Assembly: GCA_038318895.1 (NCBI GenBank)
Contig: JBBQCS010000006.1
Location: forward strand, 798-64,797
Origin: Alphaproteobacteria bacterium
GTDB lineage: Bacteria > Pseudomonadota > Alphaproteobacteria > UBA11222
DNA: 64,000 nucleotides
Reading direction: 5' to 3'
The first letter of the stretch is position 1; each line of letters begins with the position of its first letter. The notes beneath the pieces were generated by a model. It was not told the origin of the DNA and ran no database searches. It saw only the letters and a program-made list of their open reading frames with translations. Positions 40,083-51,958 of the stretch are shown here, piece after piece. Made by a program: the position numbers and the translations under genes.

Positions 40083-41285
40083 CTAACGCTGCTCAATTAG
40101 CTCACTTGCATACGCCCGCCCTGCCGCATCCGCGCCCAGAATGTCTTCCAGGCTATGCAGACGCGACCATTGCCCCAGCGCCCCATTGTCCCCTGCTTCC
40201 AGAGTTTGCTCAACTATCCGGGCGATATCCAGAAACCCGATCTTACCACCTAAAAACGCAGCAACCGCTATTTCGTTTGCAGCGCTGAGAACTGTTGGCG
40301 CGCCGCCCCCCAACGCCAAAGCCTGCTTCGCCAACGCTAGTGCAGGAAAACGGCTAAAATCAGGCGCTTCAAAAGTTAATTGAGCTATTTGCACCAGATC
40401 CAGGCGCGGCACAGGCGCATGAATGCGATCCGGCCAGCCCAGCGCATACGCTATCGGAGTGCGCATGTCCGGCGACGCCATTTGCGCCAACACCGATCCA
40501 TCCACGTAGGAAACCATACTGTGAATCACCGATTGCGGATGAATGACGACCTCTATCTGATCTTTGTCGACTGGAAAAAGATGATATGCTTCAATCATCT
40601 CCAGTCCTTTATTCATGTAGGTTGCGCAGTCGACAGAAATTTTTGCGCCCATCTGCCAGTTGGGATGCGCTATGGCCTGAGCCGGGGTCGCCGCTTGCAT
40701 ATGGGCCATCGTCGCCGTGCGAAACGGGCCGCCCGACGCGGTCAGGGTGATTTTCTCAATCCCTTCCGGGCGCTTGCTATCAAACACCTGAAATATTGCG
40801 TTATGTTCAGAATCGACAGGCAGCAAGGTCGTACCCCGGCGCCGCACCAACTCCATCATATGGTCGCCCGCGCAGACCAGACACTCTTTGTTGGCGATGG
40901 CAACCGTCGTGCCTTGCGCAACTGCCGCCAGTGTCGGGGCAAGTCCCGCAGCGCCGACAATTGCAGCCATAATCCAGTCTGCAGGACGTGTGGCGGCGTC
41001 TGTGATGGCCTGTTGGCCTGCCGCGACCTCAATTCCTGTTCCCAACAGCCCATCGCGCAGCGCCTGATATTTACCGGCATCGCCAATAACTGCAAGGCGC
41101 GGCTTAACCCTCAGAGCCGCCCTGATCAGTTCCTCTACATTGCTGTTGGCGGTGAGCGCCTCAACCATATAGCGCCCGGGCGCGCGGGCGATCAAATCAA
41201 CAGTGTTAAGCCCAACCGAACCCGTAGCGCCCAAAATCGTTACTCTTTTGGGCGAGGGAACGGGGTATGGGGCCGTTTGGCTCAT
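40083..41285 (-). CDS. dxr: 1-deoxy-D-xylulose 5-phosphate reductoisomerase
   Basis: NADPH-binding N-terminus (VTILGATGSVG) and full-length Dxr similarity. Confidence 0.9.
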   Translation of the reverse strand: MSQTAPYPVPSPKRVTILGATGSVGLNTVDLIARAPGRYMVEALTANSNVEELIRAALRVKPRLAVIGDAGKYQALRDGLLGTGIEVAAGQQAITDAATRPADWIMAAIVGAAGLAPTLAAVAQGTTVAIANKECLVCAGDHMMELVRRRGTTLLPVDSEHNAIFQVFDSKRPEGIEKITLTASGGPFRTATMAHMQAATPAQAIAHPNWQMGAKISVDCATYMNKGLEMIEAYHLFPVDKDQIEVVIHPQSVIHSMVSYVDGSVLAQMASPDMRTPIAYALGWPDRIHAPVPRLDLVQIAQLTFEAPDFSRFPALALAKQALALGGGAPTVLSAANEIAVAAFLGGKIGFLDIARIVEQTLEAGDNGALGQWSRLHSLEDILGADAAGRAYASELIEQR

Positions 41286-42172
41286 ATTGAACCCAATCCT
41301 ATAACAATGGGAACCATTGCGGGCGCCGCAAAAAGCAACCCATCAAGACGATCCAGAATACCACCATGGCCTGGGATTAAATTGCTCATATCCTTGACGC
41401 CAAAATGCCGTTTTACATATGATTCGGCTATGTCCCCTGCCTGCGACCAGGCGCCCAGGAGCGCACTCACCACCGCCAGCAGCAGGACCGGCCGAAAACC
41501 ACTCACACTTGCCACTGCGCCGCCGACTATGGCAGCGCTAGTCATCCCGCCTATCAGGCCCGCCCAGGTCTTGTTCGGACTCACGCGCGGCGCCAGCTTT
41601 GGCCCGCCAATCGCGCGCCCGGCAAAATACGCGCCAATATCCATCGCCCAAATAACCAATAGCAGCCAAAGGATTAAAGTAAGACCAACATTCTCTTGCT
41701 CACGCAACCAGACCAAGCTCGCCGGGCCAAGTGAAATATAGGGAACCCCCAACAGGCGCCAACGCAGTTGCTCGCCGCGAACCCAGCCCATAAATCCTAT
41801 CAGGCTCATCCCCGCAAGGATAGTCACGCAAACAAGACTAATTTGCAAAACGCCGCTTGTTTCGCCGGACCGAACCATCAACTGCGCCGCGGTGAGGCCC
41901 GAAACAGCCAGAATACACCCTTCAATATACCAGTTCGGCGCGCAGGTCAGCCGGGCCCACTCACAAGCCATCAAGATAATCGCTACTGCTATCATCAACA
42001 GGAATGGCAGATCACCGAGCCACACCGCCCCAAGAACGATAGGGGCCAAAACCAGCGCCGACAGAGCGCGTATTTTGAGATCGCTGGGAAAACCTGGCCG
42101 TTTGACTTCCACCGTACTATCAGCTTTCGCCGGTCGCGCCAAAGCGGCGCTCGCGCCGGTTGAAAAGCTCAA
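41282..42172 (-). CDS. cdsA: Phosphatidate cytidylyltransferase
   Basis: Polytopic membrane protein with the CdsA C-terminal signature (SYVKRHFGVKDMSNLIPGHGGILDRLD). The true start may be the in-frame GTG at ~42112, just past the uppS stop, rather than the ATG at 42172. Confidence 0.85.
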   Translation of the reverse strand: MSFSTGASAALARPAKADSTVEVKRPGFPSDLKIRALSALVLAPIVLGAVWLGDLPFLLMIAVAIILMACEWARLTCAPNWYIEGCILAVSGLTAAQLMVRSGETSGVLQISLVCVTILAGMSLIGFMGWVRGEQLRWRLLGVPYISLGPASLVWLREQENVGLTLILWLLLVIWAMDIGAYFAGRAIGGPKLAPRVSPNKTWAGLIGGMTSAAIVGGAVASVSGFRPVLLLAVVSALLGAWSQAGDIAESYVKRHFGVKDMSNLIPGHGGILDRLDGLLFAAPAMVPIVIGLGSI

Positions 42173-42866
42173 TGGCCTGTTCTAGCGACTGCCTGGAAAA
42201 ATCCGGCCACAACGTATCGAGAAAAATCAATTCTGAATAGGCCGCCTGCCAGAGCATGAAATTGCTCAGCCTTTGCTCGCCGCTGGTCCGGATGATTAAA
42301 TCGGGATCCGGCAGGCCCGTCGTCATTAAATGTGCAGCGAAGGACTCGGGAGTAATCTGGTCCGGTTGCATATGGCCAGCCGCCACCTCTCGCGCCAGAC
42401 GTTGCGCTGCCGCGACAATGTCATGCTGTCCCCCGTAATTTACTGCAATGGTAAAAATCAACCGGTCATTTTGCCGGGTCTGCATTTCCGCATTTTCGAT
42501 CAGGGAAACCAGATCGGGTGCAAGCGCAGAGCGTTCGCCGATAAACCCGATACGCACACGCTGCCGGTTCAGCTCGTTCACCTCACGCTGCAAATAGCTG
42601 CGCAGCAGCCACATCAGATCATCAACCTCGTCGGCGGGACGCTTCCAGTTTTCCGAGGAGAAGGCGAACAGGGTGAGATAGGGTACGCCCAACTCCCCGC
42701 AGGCGGTAACAGTACGGCGCACCGCCTCGGCCCCTTCACGATGGCCTAACGCGCGCGGTAAATAGCGGCTCTTCGCCCAACGCCCATTACCATCCATAAT
42801 AATGGCAATATGCTGCGGCAAGACTGCCGCCGCCGCATCCACTGTATGGCCGAGCCCTTGGGTCAA
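42120..42866 (-). CDS. uppS: Isoprenyl transferase (undecaprenyl-diphosphate synthase)
   Basis: Cis-prenyltransferase motifs ([22 protein letters not shown]). Confidence 0.9.
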   Translation of the reverse strand: MTQGLGHTVDAAAAVLPQHIAIIMDGNGRWAKSRYLPRALGHREGAEAVRRTVTACGELGVPYLTLFAFSSENWKRPADEVDDLMWLLRSYLQREVNELNRQRVRIGFIGERSALAPDLVSLIENAEMQTRQNDRLIFTIAVNYGGQHDIVAAAQRLAREVAAGHMQPDQITPESFAAHLMTTGLPDPDLIIRTSGEQRLSNFMLWQAAYSELIFLDTLWPDFSRQSLEQAIELFNRRERRFGATGES

Positions 42867-43432
42867 ACCTGCATAATCTCTTGTTCCTTGACAGCCAGCG
42901 CCTGATCGATCTGCTTGATTACTGCGTCTGTCATTTCCTGAACTTCATCGGCCCATATTTTATGGTCATCTTCACCAATATGACCATCTTTTTCCATACG
43001 CTTGAGATCATCCAAGCCATGGCGGCGCACATGGCGCGCGGCGATGCGCGCCTCCTCGGCATATTTGCCCGCCACCTTGGACAACTCCGTACGACGCTCC
43101 GCGTTCAGGGCCGGAATCGGGATCCGGATCAAGGTACCGTCGACCTGCGGATTAAGCCCAAGACCGGATTTCTGGATCGCCTTGTCCACGGCGGCAACCG
43201 TGCTTTTGTCCCATACCTGAATGCTGATCATACGCGCGTCGGGTACACTTACGGTCGCCAGCTGGTTGATCGGCATTTTTGATCCCCCATAGACTTCGAC
43301 TACGATCGGATCCAGCAAACCCGCGCTGGCCCGCCCGGTGCGCAGCCCCGCCAGTTCCGTCTTGAAAGCGTTGAACGCCCCGTCCATTCGGCGTTGCAGA
43401 TCGTCAATATCAAACTCTTCCGCCTCAGCCAT
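42863..43432 (-). CDS. frr: Ribosome recycling factor
   Basis: Full-length RRF. Start set at MAEAEEF (43432). Confidence 0.9.
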   Translation of the reverse strand: MAEAEEFDIDDLQRRMDGAFNAFKTELAGLRTGRASAGLLDPIVVEVYGGSKMPINQLATVSVPDARMISIQVWDKSTVAAVDKAIQKSGLGLNPQVDGTLIRIPIPALNAERRTELSKVAGKYAEEARIAARHVRRHGLDDLKRMEKDGHIGEDDHKIWADEVQEMTDAVIKQIDQALAVKEQEIMQV

Positions 43433-43436
43433 AATC

Positions 43437-44198
43437 TCACCTGTCAATCAGAGTATAAGTACCACCGCCCGACAGAACCGTGGCAAGCATTCCCGTGTCC
43501 TGATTACTGTATACCAGGATCGGAATATTGTTTTCCCTGCACAGACTGACCGCGGTGGCGTCCATGACGCGCAAATCCCGCGCCAGCACGTCGGTAAAAC
43601 TTAAGCGGTCATGGCGGACAGCGTTGGCGTCTTTTTTGGGATCGGCGGAATAAACCCCATCCACCTGGGTGCCTTTCAGCAATACGTCACAATTCATTTC
43701 CGCGGCCCGCAGGGCCGCCGCAGTATCGGTCGTAAAGTACGGATTGCCGGTTCCCGCCGCAAACACCACCACGCGCCCGGCCTGTAAGTGCCGCATCGCA
43801 TCGCGCCGGGAAAAAGGTTCGCACACGGACTGCATCGGAATTGCGGACATTGCCCGCGCCTCTACACCGTTACGCTCCAGACCGTCCTGCAAGGCAAGCG
43901 CATTGATCACGGTCGCCAGCATGCCCATATGATCAGCGGTGGTGCGGTCCATCCCGCTGGCGGCATCCGACATGCCGCGGAAAATATTTCCGCCCCCTAC
44001 GACCAGGGCGACTTCGGCCCCCAGCGCAATAACGTTGCGTACTTCCTGGGCGACACGGTCGATGGCCACGCTATCATGCCCGAAGGCGCGATCCCCCATC
44101 AGCGCTTCGCCGGAAACTTTCAACAGCACCCGTCGCCAACGCAGGGCTTGGGTTGAAGGCTTGGATGGTTTGTCAGAGGGCATGGGTTTACACTGCAA
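43437..44198 (-). CDS. pyrH: UMP kinase
   Basis: Amino-acid-kinase fold ([13 protein letters not shown]). Confidence 0.9.
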   Translation of the reverse strand: MQCKPMPSDKPSKPSTQALRWRRVLLKVSGEALMGDRAFGHDSVAIDRVAQEVRNVIALGAEVALVVGGGNIFRGMSDAASGMDRTTADHMGMLATVINALALQDGLERNGVEARAMSAIPMQSVCEPFSRRDAMRHLQAGRVVVFAAGTGNPYFTTDTAAALRAAEMNCDVLLKGTQVDGVYSADPKKDANAVRHDRLSFTDVLARDLRVMDATAVSLCRENNIPILVYSNQDTGMLATVLSGGGTYTLIDR

Positions 44199-44294
44199 CT
44201 CTAAGGGCGATTTTGGTGGAAGGCATATAACCTTCCACCGCTTCTATCATAAACCCCTTACCCATTAGGTAAAGCAGCGCTTTCCCACAATCGC

Positions 44295-45221
44295 TTAATT
44301 GCCAGCCGCAGCGGCAACCTCGGCGGCGAAGTCGCTTTCTTCCTTGGCAATGCCGTCGCCCAGTAAAAAGCGCACGAAACCTGTCACTTTTACCGGTGCG
44401 CCAATGTCCTTGGCGGCCGCGTCAATGGCTTTTTGCACGGTTATATCCGGGTCCATCACCCAGGCCTGGGAAAGCAAAACAACCTCTTCGTAGAATTTAC
44501 GGATCCGGCCTTCGATCATCTTTTCGATGATATTGTCGGGTTTGCCTGATTCGCGGGCCTGCTCGATCAGCACCGCGCGTTCACGCTCCACCACTTCGGG
44601 ATCAAGCGATTCCGGGGCCAGCGCCAGGGGCGCCGCCGCGGCAATGTGCATCGCGACATGACGGCCCAGATCATTCAGTTTGCCCGCATCGCCGGAAGAT
44701 TCCAGCGCGACAATAACGCCCATTTTGCCAAGGCCCGGCGCCACCTGATTATGGATGTACCCTGCCACAACCCCCTGTCCAACGGACAGGAAGGCCGTAC
44801 GCCGCACACTCATATTCTCGCCAATCGTGCCGACCATTTCGGAAACATATCCCGCAACGTCGCGCTCGCTTCCAGGAAACGGCAACGCCAATAGCGCCGC
44901 AAGATCACCCTTTGCTGGTAGCGCCAGCTCGGCGACCGCAGAAACGATGGCCTGAAACTTTTCTGATCGCGCAGCAAAATCGGTTTCGGAATTCAGCTCG
45001 ATAAGCGCAGCTGACTTTTCACCGCTTGCCAGGCCGATCAGCCCTTCCGCTGCGACGCGTCCCGCTTTCTTGGCGGCTTTCGCCAGACCTTTGGCGCGCA
45101 GCCAATCGACAGCCGCCTCCATATCGCCGGCATTTTCCTGCAGGGCTTTCTTGCAGTCCATCATGCCCGCGCCCGTGGTTTCACGCAGATCCTTAATCAG
45201 CGCTGTAGTTATTTCAGCCAT
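44295..45221 (-). CDS. tsf: Elongation factor Ts
   Basis: [27 protein letters not shown] is a classic EF-Ts N-terminus. Confidence 0.9.
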   Translation of the reverse strand: MAEITTALIKDLRETTGAGMMDCKKALQENAGDMEAAVDWLRAKGLAKAAKKAGRVAAEGLIGLASGEKSAALIELNSETDFAARSEKFQAIVSAVAELALPAKGDLAALLALPFPGSERDVAGYVSEMVGTIGENMSVRRTAFLSVGQGVVAGYIHNQVAPGLGKMGVIVALESSGDAGKLNDLGRHVAMHIAAAAPLALAPESLDPEVVERERAVLIEQARESGKPDNIIEKMIEGRIRKFYEEVVLLSQAWVMDPDITVQKAIDAAAKDIGAPVKVTGFVRFLLGDGIAKEESDFAAEVAAAAGN

Positions 45222-45236
45222 TGCAGTTCCTCAAAA

Positions 45237-46031
45237 TTAGCTAGGCGTAGCGTCCGCCACCGTGCCGACATCTTCAAGCACCTTCGGACCCGCATCCAGC
45301 AACTCGGCCGGCGGCTCAACCATGTCGCCTTCCATGCCCGCGCTGCCTTGTGACAGACCATCGAGGCAGGCGCGCGCAACCAGATCGCAATACAGATCAA
45401 TCGCCCGCGAGGCGTCGTCATTGCCCGGAATGGGGCACGAAATGCCATCGGGGTCACTATTGCTATCCAGCACCGCAATTACCGGAATGCCAAGCTTGGC
45501 GGCTTCCAGAACCGCAAGCGCTTCCTTGTTGGTGTCGATGATAAAGATCAGGTCGGGAATGCCGCCCATATCCTTGATACCACCAAGGGATGCTTCCAGC
45601 TTGTCGCGGCTGCGCGTCAGTTGCAGCAACTCCTTCTTGGTCAGGCCCATTGTGCCTTCCGACAATTTCTCATCCAGCGACTTCAGCTTCTTGATCGAAT
45701 TGGAAATTGTTTTCCAATTGGTCAAAGTACCGCCCAGCCAGCGTTCATTGATATAATATTGCGCACAACGCTTGGCCGCATCGGACAACGGCTTTGCGGC
45801 CTGACGCTTGGTGCCGACAAACAGCACACGTCCGCCGCCCGCGACCACATCGCGCACGGTTTCCAGCGCGCGGTACAGCAACGGCACGGTCTGGGTGAGG
45901 TCAATCACATGAATATTGTTACGCGCCCCGAACAGAAACGGAGCCATTTTCGGGTTCCAGCGGTGGGTCTGGTGGCCGAAATGTACGCCTGCTTCAAGAA
46001 GCTGGCGCATGCTGAAATCTGGCAATGCCAT
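45237..46031 (-). CDS. rpsB: 30S ribosomal protein S2
   Basis: [29 protein letters not shown] matches the S2 N-terminus. Confidence 0.9.
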   Translation of the reverse strand: MALPDFSMRQLLEAGVHFGHQTHRWNPKMAPFLFGARNNIHVIDLTQTVPLLYRALETVRDVVAGGGRVLFVGTKRQAAKPLSDAAKRCAQYYINERWLGGTLTNWKTISNSIKKLKSLDEKLSEGTMGLTKKELLQLTRSRDKLEASLGGIKDMGGIPDLIFIIDTNKEALAVLEAAKLGIPVIAVLDSNSDPDGISCPIPGNDDASRAIDLYCDLVARACLDGLSQGSAGMEGDMVEPPAELLDAGPKVLEDVGTVADATPS

Positions 46032-46236
46032 TTACTTTTTCCTTTTACCGGTTATGCCGCCGCAGGAGTTGGTCCCATTACAGGACACCGGTTCGACGCG
46101 CCGGAATGCCAATCAGGGGCTGTTCCCTTTGATCTTCCTAGGAAATTCAAGAGTACCGGACGCCGCAACCTGCGTGAGGTTTAAAGCGGGCTATATAGGG
46201 CGAATCTGCTGACAAGGCAAGCAGTTTAGCGGATAA

Positions 46237-49200
46237 TCAGCATTCCTGCACGTCAAGGACTCCGTGTATGGCGGCCAGGGCGCCGCGCACTCTGGGGCCC
46301 ACGGCGTAGTTGCCCGGGAGGCGCATTTCGACTTCCTTACGCTGTTCCTGGCCCAGCAAGACCAGATGCACATAGCCTTTGCCCTGCCCCGCCGACTTCA
46401 GGCGGTCCTGCAGACCGGCCAATGGTTGGGTGCCGTTCACAAACACCCGCAAGCCGCCAATCGATGTTTCGGCGAGTTTTTCAACGCCTTGCAGGGATTG
46501 GGCGGTCAGCCGGGGGCGGTCGCGGTCCAGTTTGCCGGTAACGTTCATGACCACCAGATTGCCGGGCTCCAGCAGTTCGCGGTGGGCGTTGAGCAGTTCA
46601 CTGAACAGAGTTACTTCATATTCGCCGGATTGGTCGCTAAGGGTGAGGAAGACGAACGGATTACCGCGCTGAGAGCGTTGCTCGCGCTTGGCGACAATGG
46701 TGCCCGCCAGTTTGGCGGGGCGTTCGGCTTCGTCCAGCCGCTCAAAAAATTCCGCATAGGGCGTCACGTTGGCGCGCATCAGCACGCTGCTGTAGTCGTC
46801 CAGCGGGTGCGCCGACAGGTAGAAACCCAGCGCGTCAAATTCCGCCTTCAGCTTCTCGATGGGCGGCCATCCATCCGTAAGCGGAAGTTTCAGTTCGCGG
46901 CGTTGCTGTACGCCATCCGTTGCGAACAAATCGGTCTGACTGCTGCTGCGCGCTGCCGCTGCCGCGTTACACAATGCCAGAACCGCGTCCGCGCCCGCCA
47001 GAAGCTGCGCGCGGTTGGGGTTCAACACGTCAAACGCACCCGCGCGCACCAGAAATTCAAAACTGCGCTTGTTCAGCAAGCGCGGATCAACGCGGTGAAT
47101 AAAATCTTCTATATCCGTGAACGGACCATTGGCTTCGCGTTCCGCCACAATACTGCGCATCGCCTGCGCGCCCACATTGCGCACCGCCCCAAGGGCGTAA
47201 TAGATCGCGCCGTCGGCAGTGCAGAAGTCGGCGTCGGACCGGTTAATGTCCGGCGCGTTGACGGCGATGCCCAGGCGCGCCGCCTCCTGGCGGAAGATAT
47301 TCAGCTTATCCGTATTGCCCTGATCCAGCATCATCGAGGCGGCCAGAAACTCCACGGGATGATTGGCCTTCAGATAGGCCGTCTGATAGGCAATCATCGC
47401 ATAGGGGGCCGAGTGACATTTGTTAAAGCCATAGCCCGCGAATTTGTTGACCAGTTCAAAAATATTTTTGGCTATAACCGCATCGACGCCGCGCTCAATG
47501 GCCCCGTCGATGAAACGGGCGCGCTGGGCGTCCATTTCCGACTGGATCTTTTTACCCATGGCGCGGCGCAGCAGATCGGCTTCGCCCAGGCTATAGCCCG
47601 ACAGCACCTGGGCGATCTGCATCACCTGTTCCTGATAGACGATCACGCCGTAGGTTTCAGACAGGATCGGTTCCAGCAGCGGGTGCGGATAGACGACTTC
47701 TTCCTGGCCGTTTTTGCAGGCGATATATTTGGGAATATCGTCCATCGGGCCGGGGCGGTATAACGCCACCATGGCGATAATGTCTTCAAAACGGTCGGGG
47801 CGCAGGCTGCGAATGGCGTCTCGCATGCCGCTGCCTTCCAACTGGAACAAGCCGATGGTTTGCGCATCGCGCAGCATCTCAAAACTCGGCACATCATCCA
47901 GCGGGATTTTGTGAATATCGAGATTGACGCCCTTGCGCGCCAGCATCTCGACGGTCTTGGCAATAACCGTAAGCGTCTTCAGCCCGAGAAAATCGAACTT
48001 TACCAGCCCGGCCGGCTCCACCCATTTCATGTTGAACTGGGTCACCGGCATTTCACCGCGCGGTTCGCGATAGAGCGGCACCAGTTCGTGCAGGGGCCGG
48101 TCGCCGATCACCACACCTGCCGCATGCACTGAGGCATGACGGTACAGCCCTTCGATGCGCATGGCGGTGTCCAGCAACCGCTCCACCATGGGGTCGTTTG
48201 CCTGTTCTTCCTTCAGGCGCGGTTCGGCCTTGATGGCTTCGGCAAGCGTCACCGGATTGGCCGGATTGTTCGGCACCATCTTGCAGATGCGGTCCACCTG
48301 GCCGTAGGGCATTTGCAGGACGCGGCCCACATCGCGAAGTGCTGCGCGCGCCTGTAATTTACCGATGGCGATAATCTGCGCGACACGGTCATCGCCGTAT
48401 TTTTCACGCACATAGCGGATCACTTCATCGCGCCGCTCCTGACAGAAATCGATGTCGAAATCCGGCATCGAAACACGTTCCGGATTGAGGAAACGTTCGA
48501 ACAGCAGGCCAAAGCGCAATGGATCAAGATCGGTAATGGTCAGTGACCACGCCACGCACGACCCCGCCCCCGAACCGCGCCCCGGCCCCACCGGAATGCC
48601 CTGCCCCTTGGCCCATTTGATAAAATCCGCAACGATCAGAAAATACCCGGCAAAGCCCATCTTGATGATGACATCAAGTTCAAATTCCAGCCGCGCGCGA
48701 TAGTCGGCTTCATCCGCAAACCTGCCCTCGTTCGCCAACCGGTTGTCGAGCCCCAGTGCGGCCTGACGGCGTAATTCGGCGGCTTCTTCTTCTGGCGCGC
48801 CAAAGCTTGGCAGTATGGGCGCGCGGGTGCGCGGGCGGTACGCACAGCGCCGCGCGATCTCGACCGTATTTTCGATCGCCTCCGGCAAATCCGCAAACAG
48901 CGCCGCCATCTCCGCCGGGCTTTTCATATAATGTTCCGGCGTCAGCTTGCGGCGATCATCCTGGGAAACATACGCCCCCGCAGAAATGCAGATCAGCGCG
49001 TCGTGAGCCTCATACATATCGCGATACGGAAAGTACACTTCGTTGGTCGCCACCAGCGGCAGCGCCTGATCATAGGCGAAGGTGATAAAGTCTTCTTCCG
49101 TCGCCGCCTCATCCGCCATGCCGTGGCGTTGCAGCTCGACATACAGGCGCTGCGGATATATTGCCGCCATTTCGCCCAGCATAGCTGCGGCCGCGTCGCG

Positions 49201-49710
49201 CCGCCCCTGGCGCAGCAGACGCCCAAGCGGCCCTAATGCACCACCGGTCAGGCAGATCAGGCCGTCACTATGCGCCGCAAGCTGTGCCAGTGTCACATGG
49301 GGCTCTGCCTCACACTCCAGATAGGCGCTACTGGAGAGCAACATCAGATTGGCGTAGCCCGCTTCGTTCTGCGCCAGCAATACGATAGGCGCGATCCGGT
49401 CGCGCAATGCAGGGCCGCGCACCGCGTCCGCCGCGCCATTTTCCGGCTGATCAAAACATAGCTGTAATGCGCAGCCAATGACCGGCTGAACGCCCTCGCC
49501 CGCCAGCGTTTCGGAAAATTCCAGCGCCCCGAACAGATTGCCGCTATCCGTAATGGCAACCGCCGGCATATCATGGGCGCGGCACAGCGCGGGCATCTGC
49601 TTGATTTTCACCGCCCCTTCCAACAGTGAATAAGCCGAATGCACCCGCAGATGCACGAAGCCACCCATAGGGGAACTCTGTTTATGTTTCGCGGCGCGTG
49701 ATTCTGACAT
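46237..49710 (-). CDS. dnaE: DNA polymerase III subunit alpha
   Basis: 1157 aa with a PHP domain N-terminus (FVHLRVHSAYSLLEGA), the polymerase core and an OB-fold C-terminus. Confidence 0.95.
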   Translation of the reverse strand: MSESRAAKHKQSSPMGGFVHLRVHSAYSLLEGAVKIKQMPALCRAHDMPAVAITDSGNLFGALEFSETLAGEGVQPVIGCALQLCFDQPENGAADAVRGPALRDRIAPIVLLAQNEAGYANLMLLSSSAYLECEAEPHVTLAQLAAHSDGLICLTGGALGPLGRLLRQGRRDAAAAMLGEMAAIYPQRLYVELQRHGMADEAATEEDFITFAYDQALPLVATNEVYFPYRDMYEAHDALICISAGAYVSQDDRRKLTPEHYMKSPAEMAALFADLPEAIENTVEIARRCAYRPRTRAPILPSFGAPEEEAAELRRQAALGLDNRLANEGRFADEADYRARLEFELDVIIKMGFAGYFLIVADFIKWAKGQGIPVGPGRGSGAGSCVAWSLTITDLDPLRFGLLFERFLNPERVSMPDFDIDFCQERRDEVIRYVREKYGDDRVAQIIAIGKLQARAALRDVGRVLQMPYGQVDRICKMVPNNPANPVTLAEAIKAEPRLKEEQANDPMVERLLDTAMRIEGLYRHASVHAAGVVIGDRPLHELVPLYREPRGEMPVTQFNMKWVEPAGLVKFDFLGLKTLTVIAKTVEMLARKGVNLDIHKIPLDDVPSFEMLRDAQTIGLFQLEGSGMRDAIRSLRPDRFEDIIAMVALYRPGPMDDIPKYIACKNGQEEVVYPHPLLEPILSETYGVIVYQEQVMQIAQVLSGYSLGEADLLRRAMGKKIQSEMDAQRARFIDGAIERGVDAVIAKNIFELVNKFAGYGFNKCHSAPYAMIAYQTAYLKANHPVEFLAASMMLDQGNTDKLNIFRQEAARLGIAVNAPDINRSDADFCTADGAIYYALGAVRNVGAQAMRSIVAEREANGPFTDIEDFIHRVDPRLLNKRSFEFLVRAGAFDVLNPNRAQLLAGADAVLALCNAAAAARSSSQTDLFATDGVQQRRELKLPLTDGWPPIEKLKAEFDALGFYLSAHPLDDYSSVLMRANVTPYAEFFERLDEAERPAKLAGTIVAKREQRSQRGNPFVFLTLSDQSGEYEVTLFSELLNAHRELLEPGNLVVMNVTGKLDRDRPRLTAQSLQGVEKLAETSIGGLRVFVNGTQPLAGLQDRLKSAGQGKGYVHLVLLGQEQRKEVEMRLPGNYAVGPRVRGALAAIHGVLDVQEC

Positions 49711-49982
49711 GCCTCACCTTAACCGGTTCACGCGGGCCTGTCAGGCTGGCATCATCCATCTATACAAAAATATTCCGTCGTTGATCAGCGGCGCGAAGTT
49801 GGCATGGTTTCACCACAGATGGAGACGGGCGCGGGCATATTGGAGCAGGTATAGCCGCCACTAAGCTGTCCATGCCACGGGTCGCTTGCCTTTTTGTCCA
49901 GTGCGCGCAGGAAGCTTTCTCCTTCCCGCCCCGCCCCGCATCGTCTAAAACCCTTGTCAGATAACAAACAGGGAAACACATC

Positions 49983-51032
49983 GTGAGCAAAACCAATCCG
50001 GGTAATTATTTTGAAGATTTTGAGGTTGGGCAGTTTTTGCGCCACGCCACGCCACGTACGGTAACGTTGGGGGACGCGAGCCTGTATATGGCGCTGTTCG
50101 GGCCGCGATTTGCGCTGACGTCATCGGATGAATTTGCCCGTTCGCTGGGCCTGCCCGGCGCGCCGACGGATGATCTGCTGGCGTTTCATATTGTGTTCGG
50201 CAAGACCGTGCCCGATATTTCGCTCAACGCGGTGGCCAATCTGGGCTATGCGGATTGCCGTTTTCTGACGCCGGTCTATGCAGGCGACACCCTGTCCACC
50301 ACGTCCGAAGTCATCGGCCTGCGCGAATTGTCCAATGGCAAATCCGGCATTGTGTATGTGCGCAGTACCGGCGTTAATCAACGCCATGAAGTGGTGATCG
50401 ACTATGTGCGCTGGGTGATGGTGCGCAAGCGTGATGAAGCCGCCCCGGCGCGCGCGGCGCTTATACCCGAATTGCCGGAGTTCGTGTCCGCCGACAATCT
50501 TGCGGTCCCGGCCGGGCTGGATTTCAGCGGGTTTAATTGTGATCTGTCCGGCTCCCCGCATCTGTGGGACGACTATCATGCCGGCGAAAAAATCGACCAT
50601 GTGGACGGCATGACCATAGAAGAAGCCGAACATATGATGGCGACGCGGCTGTACCAGAATACCGCAAAGGTGCATTTCAACCAATATATGCAGAACAGCG
50701 ATAAGGCGCAGCGCCGCCTGATCTATGGCGGCCATGTCATCAGCCTTGCGCGCGCGCTGAGTTTTAACGGCCTGGCCAACGCCGTCAAAATAGCCGCCAT
50801 CAATGCCGGGCGCCATGTCGCGCCCTGCTATGCCGGGCACACAGTCTTCGCCTGGTCAGAAATCCTGGCCAAGGCCGAAATTCCCGGCCGCAAGGATGTG
50901 GGCGCATTGCGCGTACGCCTGTTCGCCACCAGGGACCAGCCCTGCGCCGGTTTTCCGGGTGTGACAGAGGGGGGGCATGATCCCAGCGTGATCCTGGACC
51001 TCGATTACTGGCTGCTGATGGGGCGGAGATAA
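49983..51032 (+). CDS. MaoC-family double hot-dog (R)-specific enoyl-CoA hydratase/dehydratase (possibly mesaconyl-CoA or itaconyl-CoA hydratase type)
   Basis: 349 aa with two hot-dog halves. GTG start. It lies immediately upstream of sdhCDAB. Confidence 0.65.
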   Translation: MSKTNPGNYFEDFEVGQFLRHATPRTVTLGDASLYMALFGPRFALTSSDEFARSLGLPGAPTDDLLAFHIVFGKTVPDISLNAVANLGYADCRFLTPVYAGDTLSTTSEVIGLRELSNGKSGIVYVRSTGVNQRHEVVIDYVRWVMVRKRDEAAPARAALIPELPEFVSADNLAVPAGLDFSGFNCDLSGSPHLWDDYHAGEKIDHVDGMTIEEAEHMMATRLYQNTAKVHFNQYMQNSDKAQRRLIYGGHVISLARALSFNGLANAVKIAAINAGRHVAPCYAGHTVFAWSEILAKAEIPGRKDVGALRVRLFATRDQPCAGFPGVTEGGHDPSVILDLDYWLLMGRR

Positions 51033-51139
51033 GCGAAATTTTCTCAATCGGCTGATTGACTTAACGCTTTCGCGGTTTAGTATGCGGTAGAATCAAATGC
51101 GGCCAACAGCGCCGCCAATTAATTAGCAGGGGGCCGGAA

Positions 51140-51568
51140 ATGGCGGAATCTCAGGCAGGGGCTGGCAAACCGCCGGTCATGCGGCCGCGGCCATTGTCGC
51201 CGCATCTTCAGATCTATGGCTGGAAAATCACCATGGCGGCGTCGATTACGCACCGCATCACTGGTGTGGGGCTTGGCATCGGCAGTCTGTTGCTGACCGG
51301 CTGGCTTCTGGCGCTGGCGGATGGACCGGAATCTTATGCGGCATTGCAGGAGTTTCTGGGAAGCTGGTTTGGCAAGTTGGTGCTGCTCGGCTTTACCTGG
51401 TCGCTGATGTATCATCTGTGCAACGGCTTGCGGCATCTGTTCTGGGATGTCGGATACGGTTTTGACGTCGCCACGGCAAACCGCACGGCAGGGGCCGCTT
51501 TTGCGGGATCCGTGCTGTTAACGATTATTGCCTGGGTCCTTGCCTATATGTACCGGGGGGCTGTCTGA
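51140..51568 (+). CDS. sdhC: Succinate dehydrogenase cytochrome b556 subunit
   Basis: 142 aa, 3 TM helices, RPLSPHLQIY motif. Confidence 0.85.
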   Translation: MAESQAGAGKPPVMRPRPLSPHLQIYGWKITMAASITHRITGVGLGIGSLLLTGWLLALADGPESYAALQEFLGSWFGKLVLLGFTWSLMYHLCNGLRHLFWDVGYGFDVATANRTAGAAFAGSVLLTIIAWVLAYMYRGAV

Positions 51569-51957
51569 TGTCTGCGTTCAAAACACCGATAGGCCGTGTG
51601 CGCGGCAGGGGTTCGGCCAAAGACGGCACCCAGACATTCTGGCATCAGCGCCTGACCGCGCTTGCGCTGGTCCCGCTGGCGGTGCTCTTTATCGGGTTTA
51701 TGATTGCGCTTACGGGGGATGATTACGCCACCGCGGTGAGCATGATGCGCTCGCCCGTCGTGAGCGTCTTGATGTTGATGTTCCTGCTGATAGGTTTTTA
51801 TCATATGAGCATTGGGCTGGCGCATGTTGTTGAAGATTATGTGCATTGGGAACTGGGGAAAATCGGCCTGATCGTCGCCATTAAACTGGGCTGTCTTGGG
51901 CTGGCGCTTGCCTGCGTTCTGTCGGTAATAAAACTGAGCTTTGGGAGCGCGGCATAA
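51568..51957 (+). CDS. sdhD: Succinate dehydrogenase hydrophobic membrane anchor subunit
   Basis: 129 aa, 3 TM helices. Overlaps the sdhC stop. Confidence 0.85.
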   Translation: MSAFKTPIGRVRGRGSAKDGTQTFWHQRLTALALVPLAVLFIGFMIALTGDDYATAVSMMRSPVVSVLMLMFLLIGFYHMSIGLAHVVEDYVHWELGKIGLIVAIKLGCLGLALACVLSVIKLSFGSAA

Positions 51958-51958
51958 C

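Noticed and set aside
42112-42172. 52 nt overlap between the cdsA start and the uppS end
   Set aside because: This is probably a start-codon miscall rather than a real long overlap. An in-frame GTG at ~42112 immediately after the uppS stop is the more likely cdsA start. Not biologically remarkable.
46264-47763. 499 aa ORF antisense to dnaE, plus many other 100-450 aa antisense or overlapping ORFs (e.g. 422-1177, 11682-12326, 28424-29209, 40380-41741, 50121-50840, 53471-54226, 56451-57245, 63067-63828)
   Set aside because: High-GC DNA yields long stop-free antisense frames. All of them lie inside well-supported genes, have Arg/Ala/Pro-rich low-complexity translations and no recognisable domains.
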